Source of the DNA: Myxococcota bacterium
GTDB lineage: Bacteria; Myxococcota; SpSt-1050
Length of the DNA: 43,026 nucleotides
NCBI GenBank assembly: GCA_049969675.1
Contig: JBMFOP010000010.1
Span: 1-43,026, forward strand
Reading direction: 5' to 3'
Program-made: the position numbers and the translations under genes
In this document: in pieces, positions 27,104-37,118 of the stretch
Numbering within the stretch: position 1 is the first letter of the stretch
Layout: each line of letters opens with the position of its first letter
Notes under the pieces: model-generated
Told to the model about the DNA's origin: nothing
The model's input: only the letters and a program-made list of their open reading frames with translations
Database searches by the model: none

Positions 27104-27925
27104 ATGAAGAAAATTTTTATGCTCTTTTTAGCAGTGATTCTGGTCGCTGCCTGTGCGACTGCAAAGACGGATGTTGCAAAGACAAATCCATCTGAGAATG
27201 TAAGTACACCATCTGCCCCTGTTTCTCCAGAGCCATCAAAATCTATGACTCCACCGGCAACCCCATCGCCAGCCCAAACTCCATCTGCCCCTGCAACAGG
27301 CGGTGATGCCAAACAGCTCAATATGGATGTAACTGATATGTCTTCAACAACTCACAATACACTTTCAGAAAAAGAAGACCCAAATGCTGTTAAATATCCA
27401 GGTGTATCAATTCCAAATATGGCAAAGAAAGAAAAATTGAATAATGCATTGATCAGGTCTGGAAAGGGAGAGGTTGATACAAATCCGTATTCTGAGAGTG
27501 GTGTGAAGCCAGAGAGCGATACTAAAAACAAGAATGCAGATAATGGCTATGGAATCAATAGCCCGGTTCAGAAAGAGTCTGGGAATAAAATTATGTTAAA
27601 GACAGATGCTATTACAAATCCCAGAGACGAGAATTTCTCCCCAGTTTATAATGTCTCTAACGACAATGCCAGGGCTGAGGAGGGGAATCTGTCCTCTGAC
27701 TACAAGGCTGTTGTTGGTGTAAAGAATGTTGTAAAGAAGGAGATTAATGACAAGATTTCTGCCAGGACCGGAAGGGGTGCATCACAGGAGAATCCAACCG
27801 GAGCAGCAACCGGCTCAAAAGGTAGTGCATCAAAGGTGAATGGAGTTGCGGTACCGAATCCCGTTCAGAAGAGTACAAACTCCTTCATAAATACAAAGAC
27901 TAAAGGCATTGGGCTCTGGGAATAA
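27104..27925 (+). CDS. Lipoprotein, Pro/Ser/Thr-rich, predicted largely disordered
   Basis: Start reassigned to ATG 27104. MKKIFMLFLAVILVAAC lipobox and TPSAP-rich linker. Confidence 0.8.
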   Translation: MKKIFMLFLAVILVAACATAKTDVAKTNPSENVSTPSAPVSPEPSKSMTPPATPSPAQTPSAPATGGDAKQLNMDVTDMSSTTHNTLSEKEDPNAVKYPGVSIPNMAKKEKLNNALIRSGKGEVDTNPYSESGVKPESDTKNKNADNGYGINSPVQKESGNKIMLKTDAITNPRDENFSPVYNVSNDNARAEEGNLSSDYKAVVGVKNVVKKEINDKISARTGRGASQENPTGAATGSKGSASKVNGVAVPNPVQKSTNSFINTKTKGIGLWE

Positions 27926-27948
27926 TTTATTAGACATAATAATTCTAC

Positions 27949-27980
27949 AAAGGAGACCAGTATTCTGGTATCCTTTTTTT
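27949..27980 (+). terminator. Intrinsic terminator, probably bidirectional
   Basis: AAGGAGACCAG-TATT-CTGGTATCCTT followed by a T-run, between convergent genes. Confidence 0.7.
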
Positions 27981-28419
27981 ATTTTAAAGCATTGTTGAGG
28001 TCGTTCAGATTAAATGGTTTTAAGAGGGCTTTATAAAAGCCGTATTCTAAATATCTGGTCAAAAATGGGTCTCTTGATGAACCTGAGCAGATTATTACCC
28101 TGATGTCTTTATCAATCAGCTTTATCATTTTTAAAATACTGATGGCATCCAGATCATCTTTGAGATGGAGGTCAAGAATAACAGCCTCTATTTTGGAAGA
28201 TATATCTAAATTTTTCTTTATTATTTCCAATCCCTCTTTACTACCTGATGCGGTAAAGGCATTAAATCCCAGATGATTTAGCATATCATTTGCAAGTTCC
28301 CTGATTACTGGTTCATCGTCAATTACAAGGATATTTTTACGATTCAGATAGAGTACATATATGGCAAAGAGGAGATATATTAGTGAAGTTGTATATGTTA
28401 AAAGGGATAATAAATTCAT
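27979..28419 (-). CDS. Receiver-domain protein with a single N-terminal TM helix (possible internally deleted hybrid kinase)
   Basis: MNLLSLLTYTTSLIYLLFAIYVLYLNRKN joined directly to ILVIDDEPVIRE...VILDL...CSG...KPF. Start uncertain (28419 or 28482). Confidence 0.65.
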   Translation of the reverse strand: MNLLSLLTYTTSLIYLLFAIYVLYLNRKNILVIDDEPVIRELANDMLNHLGFNAFTASGSKEGLEIIKKNLDISSKIEAVILDLHLKDDLDAISILKMIKLIDKDIRVIICSGSSRDPFLTRYLEYGFYKALLKPFNLNDLNNALK

Positions 28420-28594
28420 AATACCAGAATAATTATCAGTTATAAAATAACCTTTACCCGTAATATTTAATTGATTTAGCATTTATAATATTCTTCATAT
28501 TTCGTCAACAAAAATAGATGTTTGATTTTTTCTTTATTTGGTTGATATTTCATAGTAAATAATTATATTGGTAATTGAGTAAAAGGAGATTGCT

Positions 28595-31081
28595 ATGACA
28601 AAGAGAGATAATTTTAGAGAAAGAGAGAATATGGTTGTAGAGAATACTTCAGCGGTAGAGATAAAGAGAGACATATTAAATAATTTATTCTGTCATCAGG
28701 GGAAATTTCCAGAGGTGGCTACTCTAAATGATTGGTATCTGGCGGTAGCCCAAACAGTGAGAGATAGATTGATGAAGAGATGGATATCCAGTTCACATAC
28801 ATATTTTGAAAAGCAGAGTAGAACTGTGGTCTATCTATCGGCTGAATATCTCCTTGGTCCACAGCTTGAAAATAATATGTTGAGCCTCGGTATTACAGAA
28901 CAGGTTAAAGAGGCACTTTCACTTCTAAAATTAAATTATGATATGATAATCAATGCAGAGGAGGAGCCAGGTCTCGGAAATGGTGGACTGGGGAGGCTTG
29001 CAGCCTGTTATCTGGATTCACTTGCTACTATGAGAATTCCGGCAATTGGTTATGGAATAAGATATGAGTTTGGGATATTTGATCAGATAATAAAAGATGG
29101 ATGGCAGGTTGAGATGACTGATAAGTGGTTACAGTTAGGTAATCCGTGGGAGATCCCGAGACCTGATATAATGTTTTATGTGAAATTTGGTGGACATACA
29201 GAGAATTATAATGATGAATCGGGTAGATTTAGGGTGAGATGGGTCCCGGATAGAATGGTGGTGGGAACTCCTTATGATAATTGCATCCCCGGATATAAGA
29301 CAAATAATTCTATAATGTTGCGTCTCTGGAAGGCAGAGGCCTGTGAGTCATTTGACTTTGCAAGCTTTAATGTAGGAGACTACTACGGTGCCGTTCATGA
29401 AAAGGTGGTATCAGAGAATATTACAAAGGTCTTATACCCCAATGATGAGCCTATGGCTGGCAAACAACTCAGATTGGAGCAGCAATATTTCTTTGTATCC
29501 TGTTCATTGCAGGATATGGTGAGAATATTTTTACAAAGAGACAGGGATCTTAGAAATTTTCATAAGAAGTATGTTATTCAGCTCAACGATACACACCCTG
29601 CAATAGCTATAGCTGAGTTGATGCGTATACTTCTGGATGAACATAACTTTACATGGGAGGATGCCTGGGAGACTACCAGAAAGACATTTGCCTATACAAA
29701 CCATACATTATTGCCAGAGGCACTTGAAAAATGGCCTTTATCACTTTTTGGAAAGATTTTACCCCGACATCTTGAGATTATATATGAGATAAACAGGAGA
29801 TTTCTGGACGAGGTAAGAAGGAGGTTTCCAGGGGACGAGCAACTTGTAAGGGATGTGTCATTATTTGAGGAAGGGAATGAAAAATATGTGAGGATGGCGA
29901 ACCTCGCTGCGCTCGGAAGTTTTTCAATAAATGGTGTTGCAGAGCTACATACAGAACTTTTAAAAAAGACTGTATTGAACGGCTTCTATAGAATCTTTCC
30001 AGAGAGATTCAATAATAAGACAAATGGGGTTACACCAAGGAGATTTATCGCCGTCTGTAATCCCGGCCTGTCCTCTCTTATCTCAGAGGTAGCTAATAAG
30101 AGATGGCTTATAGATACAAGCGAGCTGAGGATTCTGGAGAGATATGCAAACGATGTAAGGTTTCAGGAGAGATTTAAAAAGATTAAAATAAATAATAAGA
30201 GAAGATTGAGTGAGGTTATAAGGCAGAGGACCGGTGTCGTGGTTGACCCTGAATCCATATTCACCATTCAGGCGAAGAGGATACACGAGTATAAGAGACA
30301 ACATCTGAATGTGCTTCACATAGTTGCAAGATATCTTGATATCAAATTTAACAAGAATTTTGAGTATGAACCGAGAACTTTCATATTTGCAGGCAAAGCC
30401 GCTCCCGGATATTTTATGGCAAAACTGATTATTAAGTTGATTAATTCTGTCGCAGAGGTGATTAATTCGGATACTTCTATTAAGGGGCTGATAAAGGTTG
30501 TATTCCTGCCCGATTTTAATGTAAAGAACGCGCAGATAATCTATCCTGCAGCGGATATATCTGAACAGATAAGTACAGCAGGGAAGGAGGCATCAGGGAC
30601 AGGGAATATGAAGTTTGCCTTCAATGGGGCACTTACGGTGGGGACTCTTGATGGGGCAAATGTGGAGATAAGGGAGGCTGTTGGTAAGGAGAATTTCTTT
30701 TTATTTGGACTCACTGCTCAGGAGGTTATGGATTATAAGAAAATGGGGTATAATCCGAGAGATATTTTTAATAATAATAATCAGTTAAGATCAGTAATAG
30801 ATTTTATTATGTCATACGAAATCAATGGCAAAAATGGGAATATATTTACCCCGCTTGTAAATTCTTTGATAAATAATGATGAATATATGTTATTTGCAGA
30901 TTTTGATTCTTATGTAAGGACAGAGAAGATTGTAGACGAGACCTATAGGCAAAGTAGAGAGTGGTATAAGAGGGCAATATTGAATGTCGCCAGAATGGGA
31001 AGATTTAGCTCAGATAGGGCAATACTTGAATACAATAGTGAGATATGGAAGGCACCAATCATAGAAGTAAATGCCGAATAA
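28595..31081 (+). CDS. glgP: Glycogen/starch/maltodextrin phosphorylase
   Basis: GLGNGGLGRLAAC, QLNDTHP, AYTNHT, NGVAELH, KRIHEYKRQHL, PLP-site EASGTGNMKF. Confidence 0.97.
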   Translation: MTKRDNFRERENMVVENTSAVEIKRDILNNLFCHQGKFPEVATLNDWYLAVAQTVRDRLMKRWISSSHTYFEKQSRTVVYLSAEYLLGPQLENNMLSLGITEQVKEALSLLKLNYDMIINAEEEPGLGNGGLGRLAACYLDSLATMRIPAIGYGIRYEFGIFDQIIKDGWQVEMTDKWLQLGNPWEIPRPDIMFYVKFGGHTENYNDESGRFRVRWVPDRMVVGTPYDNCIPGYKTNNSIMLRLWKAEACESFDFASFNVGDYYGAVHEKVVSENITKVLYPNDEPMAGKQLRLEQQYFFVSCSLQDMVRIFLQRDRDLRNFHKKYVIQLNDTHPAIAIAELMRILLDEHNFTWEDAWETTRKTFAYTNHTLLPEALEKWPLSLFGKILPRHLEIIYEINRRFLDEVRRRFPGDEQLVRDVSLFEEGNEKYVRMANLAALGSFSINGVAELHTELLKKTVLNGFYRIFPERFNNKTNGVTPRRFIAVCNPGLSSLISEVANKRWLIDTSELRILERYANDVRFQERFKKIKINNKRRLSEVIRQRTGVVVDPESIFTIQAKRIHEYKRQHLNVLHIVARYLDIKFNKNFEYEPRTFIFAGKAAPGYFMAKLIIKLINSVAEVINSDTSIKGLIKVVFLPDFNVKNAQIIYPAADISEQISTAGKEASGTGNMKFAFNGALTVGTLDGANVEIREAVGKENFFLFGLTAQEVMDYKKMGYNPRDIFNNNNQLRSVIDFIMSYEINGKNGNIFTPLVNSLINNDEYMLFADFDSYVRTEKIVDETYRQSREWYKRAILNVARMGRFSSDRAILEYNSEIWKAPIIEVNAE

Positions 31082-31086
31082 TTTCT

Positions 31087-32241
31087 TTAGTTACAGGAAT
31101 GTACAATTCGTGAGTATATTGAGAGAGGGATCTCCGCAGAGGGGTTCTGTCTGCAATCTGTCAGTCTTATATCATCCCTGCATTTTTTGCATTCAATGGT
31201 TAGGTAGTCTTTAATCTCCTTGTAGTTGGATTGTGGTAGTATAATTCTAAAAGAGAATGAGCTCCTTTCGTATCTATAGAGGTATCCTTCAATGTTATAA
31301 TTCTGATCGAGTTCTTTTAATATCTCTTCCAATCTGTTTATGCCACGATATCGCGTAATAAATTCAAGTTGATTATCCATTTCAACAAATCTATTGAGTC
31401 TGTTCTTGATGGCTTCAAGGTCTGAGGTATTATTGATAAGATTTGCCCCTTCGTTATTTACAGTTCTAATTATCCAGTTCTTAAAGTCATACAGGTCATC
31501 TTTTGAGTATCCGATTTCAAGGACAGGGTCGTTGTGTCCTTCTCCTCTTGTATAAAGAGTGGCAAATTCAATCCTAACATTCTTCAGTGCGATTGAGGAG
31601 AGTGCCAGAAAGAGATTCTTTATCTTTTGAGAGGAGAAGGAGAGGATCTGAACAGGATTCCTGAGTGGCATCACTTTGAGGGTGAACTCAAACGGATAGA
31701 AAAGGATTCTTCCGGTTACCATAATCAATCTGTTTATATCCGAACCAGTTGCCATCCTCGGAGCGGAGATAGATTCATATATCCTGCCATCGGGTAAAAT
31801 CCCTCTGATGCCCCTTATATTTCCACCAAAGTCTCTAATTGTGTAATTGAGTGCGGGGATGTGGTATTGATCAAACCAGTCTGAGAATGTCATCTCTTCT
31901 TTTGTAAAGATGGGTGGAAAGAAATATCCGAGTGTGAGTCCTTCGCTATTGAGGAGACGCTCTGCATCATTGATTTTGTATTTTGAACTTACATTTAGAA
32001 GGAGAGATTTCTTGTTAATACTTATAGTATTTTCATCAATTTTGCTCTCAAAGATAATGTTTGAATTGGCTGAATCAATGAAGGATAGCCTGAATCTGTA
32101 TCTCTTCAGCAGAAGATGAATCTTTTCTATATCTGATAATCTGGATGCACTGATATATAGTTTATTGTTATTCTGGGAATATTGAGAATGTATCCCTTCA
32201 GCCTTCAGTCTTTCAAAAAATTCTCCCAATGACTTTTCCAT
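31087..32241 (-). CDS. Divergent FAD-binding (VAO/PCMH-like) protein, paralog-like partner of the upstream oxidoreductase
   Basis: GLTLGYFFP, GILPDG, PRMATGSDINRLI resemble the FAD-binding PCMH segment. No HHG motif. One-base start/stop overlap with the upstream gene. Confidence 0.55.
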   Translation of the reverse strand: MEKSLGEFFERLKAEGIHSQYSQNNNKLYISASRLSDIEKIHLLLKRYRFRLSFIDSANSNIIFESKIDENTISINKKSLLLNVSSKYKINDAERLLNSEGLTLGYFFPPIFTKEEMTFSDWFDQYHIPALNYTIRDFGGNIRGIRGILPDGRIYESISAPRMATGSDINRLIMVTGRILFYPFEFTLKVMPLRNPVQILSFSSQKIKNLFLALSSIALKNVRIEFATLYTRGEGHNDPVLEIGYSKDDLYDFKNWIIRTVNNEGANLINNTSDLEAIKNRLNRFVEMDNQLEFITRYRGINRLEEILKELDQNYNIEGYLYRYERSSFSFRIILPQSNYKEIKDYLTIECKKCRDDIRLTDCRQNPSAEIPLSIYSRIVHSCN

Positions 32242-33779
32242 TATCGCTCCGAGAAGAACTTCCCTCTGTTCATAATATTATTGGGGTCAAAAGATTTTTT
32301 CAGTATATTATATAAATCTGTGCCGCAACCGAGCTGTTTTCTTAGATGCTCCATCTTTGAGATTCCTACTCCGTGATGATGACTTATTGTTGCCCCCATC
32401 TTTACAACTACATCAAGTGCATTCCTCCATATAAAATCATAATTTTTAATTGCATCTGAATAATTGGATGCCCTCCCTGCAAATGTAAAATATATTGAGC
32501 AACCATCTTCATAGGCGTGGCTGAAATGTGCCATCAAAAAGGCACGGTCCTGTATCACCTTCTTTACTTCATAGTAAAGTTCACGAATCTTATCATAGGT
32601 AGTGGCTATCTCCATTGTATCTACAAAACCACCTGCATAGAATATTTTTGATTGTTTGTAAGAGATTGAATATCTGTTCTTCTCCCATCTGATGGCTGGC
32701 TCTTCTCCCATATCCATAGCACCATATTTCTGTGCTATCTGATTAGACTTTATCTTGCAGTATTTTACATATTCGCTTTCATTGCCAGAATGTATTAAGA
32801 CCATCAGGCACCCCTGGGTAATGAATTGAGAGAGGGAGTTCAGAATATGGGGAAAGGAAAGGATTCGCTTCAAAAAGATATCAGAGAGGTCTCCATTCAG
32901 GTCGTCAAGATATTTATATAAAGGATTCCTACCTTTTTTCTTATCGCCTTTATGTCCGAGTGCAATGAATGAATCAAGTTCATCGTATAACCTGATTACA
33001 GTCCCTCCAACATCGCTTTGCATCATCTCTCTAATAGCCTCAAGTCCATCATCAACTCTCTTGAAGAGATATGATGAGTAGGTTTTGTATCTTGGCAGAT
33101 AATTGAGCCTTAGTGAGGCGGAGCAGATAATACATAGTGTCCCTTCGCTCCCGATAAGTAGTTGATTCAGGTCACCACTGATATCCGAAGAGATTATTTC
33201 TGATGTATCAATTATCTCTCCTGATCCTGCCACAACTTTCAGGGAGATAACCATATCTTCAATCTTACCGTATTTTGAGGACTCCTGTCCAGCAGAGCGA
33301 GCGGCGAGCCATCCACCAACAGATGAGCAGTAGATAGAGGATGGGAAGTGGCCTAAAGTGAAACCTTTATTATTTAGTTGAACCTCAAGAGGAAAACCTA
33401 TCGCACCGGACTCTACATCAAGTATCAGACTCTGGTAATCCACATTTAGAATCCTATTCATCCTCTTTATATCCACTATTATATTAGCCTTTGATGAGGT
33501 TGGGACGGTGGCGCCACAAACGCCACTGCCGGCGCCAAATGGTATTATATTAAGTTCATCCTCATTGGCTACTTTGATAATCTTTACAATCTCATCTATG
33601 TTTTGTGGATATAGAATCAGGTCTGGTTTATGCTGCCAGACGCCGAACTTTGAGGCGATTACCTCTCTGGGCCAGAGATCCCTGTTATAAAATGTAAGGT
33701 CTCTATTATTATCCGAGACCCATCTCTCTCCCAATATGGAGATAAATCTCTTCTTGATGTTGTAAAGATCCTTTCCCAT
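32241..33779 (-). CDS. FAD-linked oxidoreductase, alkyl-dihydroxyacetonephosphate synthase-like
   Basis: PFGAGSGVCG, TLGHFPSSIYCSSVGGWLAARSAGQESSKYGKIEDMV, GSEGTL, AHFSHAYEDGCSIYFTF, TISHHHGVG, DPNNIMNRGK. Start reassigned to ATG 33779. Confidence 0.8.
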   Translation of the reverse strand: MGKDLYNIKKRFISILGERWVSDNNRDLTFYNRDLWPREVIASKFGVWQHKPDLILYPQNIDEIVKIIKVANEDELNIIPFGAGSGVCGATVPTSSKANIIVDIKRMNRILNVDYQSLILDVESGAIGFPLEVQLNNKGFTLGHFPSSIYCSSVGGWLAARSAGQESSKYGKIEDMVISLKVVAGSGEIIDTSEIISSDISGDLNQLLIGSEGTLCIICSASLRLNYLPRYKTYSSYLFKRVDDGLEAIREMMQSDVGGTVIRLYDELDSFIALGHKGDKKKGRNPLYKYLDDLNGDLSDIFLKRILSFPHILNSLSQFITQGCLMVLIHSGNESEYVKYCKIKSNQIAQKYGAMDMGEEPAIRWEKNRYSISYKQSKIFYAGGFVDTMEIATTYDKIRELYYEVKKVIQDRAFLMAHFSHAYEDGCSIYFTFAGRASNYSDAIKNYDFIWRNALDVVVKMGATISHHHGVGISKMEHLRKQLGCGTDLYNILKKSFDPNNIMNRGKFFSER

Positions 33780-33780
33780 C

Positions 33781-34143
33781 TTACTGCAAAAATTGTCTAT
33801 TAAATGAAGAGAGCAGTGCCCTCCATATAAAGAACATTGCAATAATCGTTGCAATCAGGATCAGGATGAGTTTAATTGCGGTCTTCTTACTCTCATCATC
33901 CGTCTTCTTCTTTATCTTTGTGTTGTAGAGTCTTGCGATGGACCTGTCGGCGAGTCGTTCTAACATCTTATTGCATATATCTGGAAATTTCTCGGTGTTT
34001 GTCTTGTAAAAATTTATAAGTTCCATTTCCAGATTATTATCAATACAGAAGTCAATTATCACATTGTGAAGATTTTCATTGGTAAAATCATTCTTGATAG
34101 AGGAGAGGAGTAAGTCAAATTTCTCTTTATTCTCTGTACTCAC
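33781..34143 (-). CDS. Hypothetical protein with a C-terminal TM helix
   Basis: Fills the operon gap exactly (GTGA overlap with the upstream stop). Hydrophobic AIKLILILIATIIAMFFIW. Confidence 0.7.
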   Translation of the reverse strand: MSTENKEKFDLLLSSIKNDFTNENLHNVIIDFCIDNNLEMELINFYKTNTEKFPDICNKMLERLADRSIARLYNTKIKKKTDDESKKTAIKLILILIATIIAMFFIWRALLSSFNRQFLQ

Positions 34144-35081
34144 TTCTTAATCTCCGTAATAGGCGCTGGCATAAAAGTTAGTAAAAATATCACAATACAT
34201 ATATATGCTACAATTTTATGCCTTGTGTCAAGTTTAATATCTGCATCATCTCTAAGTGGTGGATGTCTCAAACCTATGACGAAGTAGCTCAAAAGCCCCC
34301 AGAAGAGCCATCCAGGCCAGGCAAATATTCCGAGTATTATCAGGATGATAAATAATATCCTTGAAATCCAGATAGCCCTATCTCCAAATAGTGCGTATGA
34401 TATATGCCCTCCATCAAGCTGTCCGATAGGAAGGAGATTTAATGCCGTGACCAGCATACCGAGCCATCCAGCAAAACCTACAGAGTTGAGCATAATATCA
34501 TATCCAGAGGGGATGTTGCCAATCAATATATATTGTAGTATTTTAACTATAAGAGGGTCCTGAAATTGTATTCCGCCTTCAGGTAATTTATTGATATCTA
34601 TGATGGTTGATGTCTTTATTCCGTAGATTACTACTGAAACTGCAACTATGAAGCCGGCAATTGGACCTGCGGCTCCTATGTCAATAAGTGATTTTTTGCT
34701 ATTAATAGGTGATTTCATCTTTATTACTGCCCCGAATGTGCCTACCCCGAAAGGTGCTGGGATAAAGTATGGAAGTGATGCATCAACTCTATATTTTCTG
34801 GCGCATAGAAAATGTCCCATCTCGTGAGTAAGCAGGATCCCAAGTAAGGATAGAGAGAAGGGCAGTCCTTTGAGGGCTGATTGGACCGGGTCTACAATAA
34901 AATTGAGTAGTGAGAGACCTTCAAGTCCAGCCCCAGCCAATGTGGTTGTTATTACCGTTGTAAAAAAAAGTAGAATATTAAGCCATGGAAACCTCTTCTT
35001 CGGTGGAATATATGGAGTATATATTCTTCCATCTCTTGTAATGATGTCTGGTATATGGATTCTGTTATTCTCTCCTTCCAT
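34140..35081 (-). CDS. Site-2 protease family (M50) intramembrane metalloprotease
   Basis: HEMGH, LPYFIP, AGPIAG, NLLPIGQLDGGH and multiple TM helices. Start probably ATG 35081 (GGAG SD). Confidence 0.92.
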   Translation of the reverse strand: MEGENNRIHIPDIITRDGRIYTPYIPPKKRFPWLNILLFFTTVITTTLAGAGLEGLSLLNFIVDPVQSALKGLPFSLSLLGILLTHEMGHFLCARKYRVDASLPYFIPAPFGVGTFGAVIKMKSPINSKKSLIDIGAAGPIAGFIVAVSVVIYGIKTSTIIDINKLPEGGIQFQDPLIVKILQYILIGNIPSGYDIMLNSVGFAGWLGMLVTALNLLPIGQLDGGHISYALFGDRAIWISRILFIILIILGIFAWPGWLFWGLLSYFVIGLRHPPLRDDADIKLDTRHKIVAYICIVIFLLTFMPAPITEIKK

Positions 35082-36348
35082 CAATATTCTCCAGATAATA
35101 GTAAACATCCTCTATAATATATAGCGAACCTGTGATGAGGATCAGATAATTGTTAAATTCGTTGTGCGCCCTGTAAATGGCTGATTCAATATCCATAATG
35201 GCAAAGTAGCCTACATTTACTTTTTGAGCAAGCAGAATAAACTCTTCTTTTTTAAGTGATAGTGGATGTCTATTTTCAACAAAGATAAAATAATCAACGA
35301 TATCCTTCAATATCTCTAATTTTTTTTCAGGCTCTTTATTTTTAAGCGATGAAAATATACATATTATCTTCTTCCTATCTTTATTAAATGTAATGATTGT
35401 TTCCTTGAGCCTTCTTATTCCATCTTCATTATGTGCACCATCTATTATTATGAGCGGATTTCTGGATACAATTTCAAATCTCCCTCCAAAACGGATATTT
35501 TGTAGTGTGTGATAAATTCTCTCTTCTTCAATATTAAAGTTCTCTTCTCTTGATAGCTCAACAAACGATGTTATTGCAAGGGCACAGTTTGAGACCTGAT
35601 GAGTACCGAAGAGAGATAATCTGACATTATCAAATTTCCAATCAATATACTTATAGTCAAAAGATTCAAAGCCATCTTTTTCTTTAAGATTTTCAATTAT
35701 TATATCTCTATCTAAAAGTATGAGTTTGGCATCTCTATCTTTGCAGATTCTTTCAATTGATGTCAGAAGATTTTTCTGATGGATGCCGCTGATTACAATA
35801 TTCCCCTTTTTTATAATACCAGCCTTTTCAAAGAGTATCTCCTCCTCTGTCTCTCCAAGGTATTCGGTGTGGTCTTTTGAAATAGAGGTGATGACCTTGA
35901 TTGATGTGTCAAAGCAGTTTGTCGCATCAAGCCTCCCCCCCATCCCTACCTCAAATACCGCAAAATCTACCTTCTGTTCATAAAAATATTTAAATGCGAT
36001 CAGGGTTTCAAACTCAAAGAGTGTAAGATTATTTCTCTCTGAAATTTCTCTTAATAATTCAATGTAAGATAAGAGTTTCTCATCCGATATGTTATCACCT
36101 GATATTAAATATCTGTCATTGATCTCTCTTATGTGTGGGGATGTATAGAGGGCGGTCTTAAATCCGTGTGAGGCTAAAAGATTATACAGAATAAATGCAG
36201 TTGAGCCTTTCCCATTTGTCCCTGCAATTAGAGCGCCCTTTAACCCTTTATGAGGGCACTGAATCTCAGATAGGGCATTATACATCCTTTCAAGACCAGG
36301 TGAAATTCCCCTCTTTGTAAGTTCTTCAAGGTACGGATGAATCTTCAT
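35065..36348 (-). CDS. folC: Folylpolyglutamate synthase/dihydrofolate synthase
   Basis: IAGTNGKGST, YTSPH, EVGMGGRLDATN, DHTEYLG, DGAHN, TGSLY. Confidence 0.95.
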   Translation of the reverse strand: MKIHPYLEELTKRGISPGLERMYNALSEIQCPHKGLKGALIAGTNGKGSTAFILYNLLASHGFKTALYTSPHIREINDRYLISGDNISDEKLLSYIELLREISERNNLTLFEFETLIAFKYFYEQKVDFAVFEVGMGGRLDATNCFDTSIKVITSISKDHTEYLGETEEEILFEKAGIIKKGNIVISGIHQKNLLTSIERICKDRDAKLILLDRDIIIENLKEKDGFESFDYKYIDWKFDNVRLSLFGTHQVSNCALAITSFVELSREENFNIEEERIYHTLQNIRFGGRFEIVSRNPLIIIDGAHNEDGIRRLKETIITFNKDRKKIICIFSSLKNKEPEKKLEILKDIVDYFIFVENRHPLSLKKEEFILLAQKVNVGYFAIMDIESAIYRAHNEFNNYLILITGSLYIIEDVYYYLENIDGRRE

Positions 36349-37115
36349 CAGAATCTAAATCTGTCAAATGAGTTGAGAGGGATTACATTGGGATCAAAGT
36401 TGTCTTTTATCTCTCTTCTCAAAGTATCATAGTATAGAGGTTTCATATGATACAGAAATACCGGGATGTTTTTGTGATTATGTAATTTTGAAAGTTCAGA
36501 TTTGAGCATAAGGGGTGTGAGGTGTCTTGAATCATTTGCTATCTTTCTCTGGCTTTCCGGGAATGAGAGCTCAACAAAGATACATTTCAGATGCTTCTCC
36601 TTATTGGTATACTCCCATAGATTGTTTGTAGGTCCGGTATCTCCGCTTATGGCGAATGAGGAGTTTCCTTCAGAGATAATAAATCCCATTGTCTCAACTG
36701 TGTGATTCACGGGGATGGGGAATACATTAAGATTTCCAACTCTGGTCCTCTTCTTCGCCTCAAAAATTTTATATCTGATAGTTGGATTGCTCCTTGAAGG
36801 AATGCGTGTAAAGTCTGGCCAGAGGAGGTCATTGAAGAGATGCCTCTTCAGGACAGAGATAGTATGTCTTGTTCCCCAGATATTAAGAGGTCTCTTCCTC
36901 CTCTTTATAATGAGGTCTGATATCATTGAGAGGTCTTTTACATGGTCTATATGTGGATGTGTAAGTATGACATCATCTATTTGTAGAATTTCATCTATCT
37001 TGAGCAGGGTGACGACGGCACCGGCATCAAGGAGGACATTTCTGTTTAATAAGAGTGAAGTTGACCTGAATCTGTTGTAATCTCCACCTGATGAACCGAG
37101 AATTTCAATATCCAT
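36348..37115 (-). CDS. Class II (metallo-beta-lactamase fold) cyclic nucleotide phosphodiesterase
   Basis: ILGSSGG, LLDAG, THPHIDH, PVNHTV, SGDTGP, HLTP, YHMKP. Lies downstream of the cyclase and CRP genes. Confidence 0.85.
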   Translation of the reverse strand: MDIEILGSSGGDYNRFRSTSLLLNRNVLLDAGAVVTLLKIDEILQIDDVILTHPHIDHVKDLSMISDLIIKRRKRPLNIWGTRHTISVLKRHLFNDLLWPDFTRIPSRSNPTIRYKIFEAKKRTRVGNLNVFPIPVNHTVETMGFIISEGNSSFAISGDTGPTNNLWEYTNKEKHLKCIFVELSFPESQRKIANDSRHLTPLMLKSELSKLHNHKNIPVFLYHMKPLYYDTLRREIKDNFDPNVIPLNSFDRFRF

Positions 37116-37118
37116 AGC

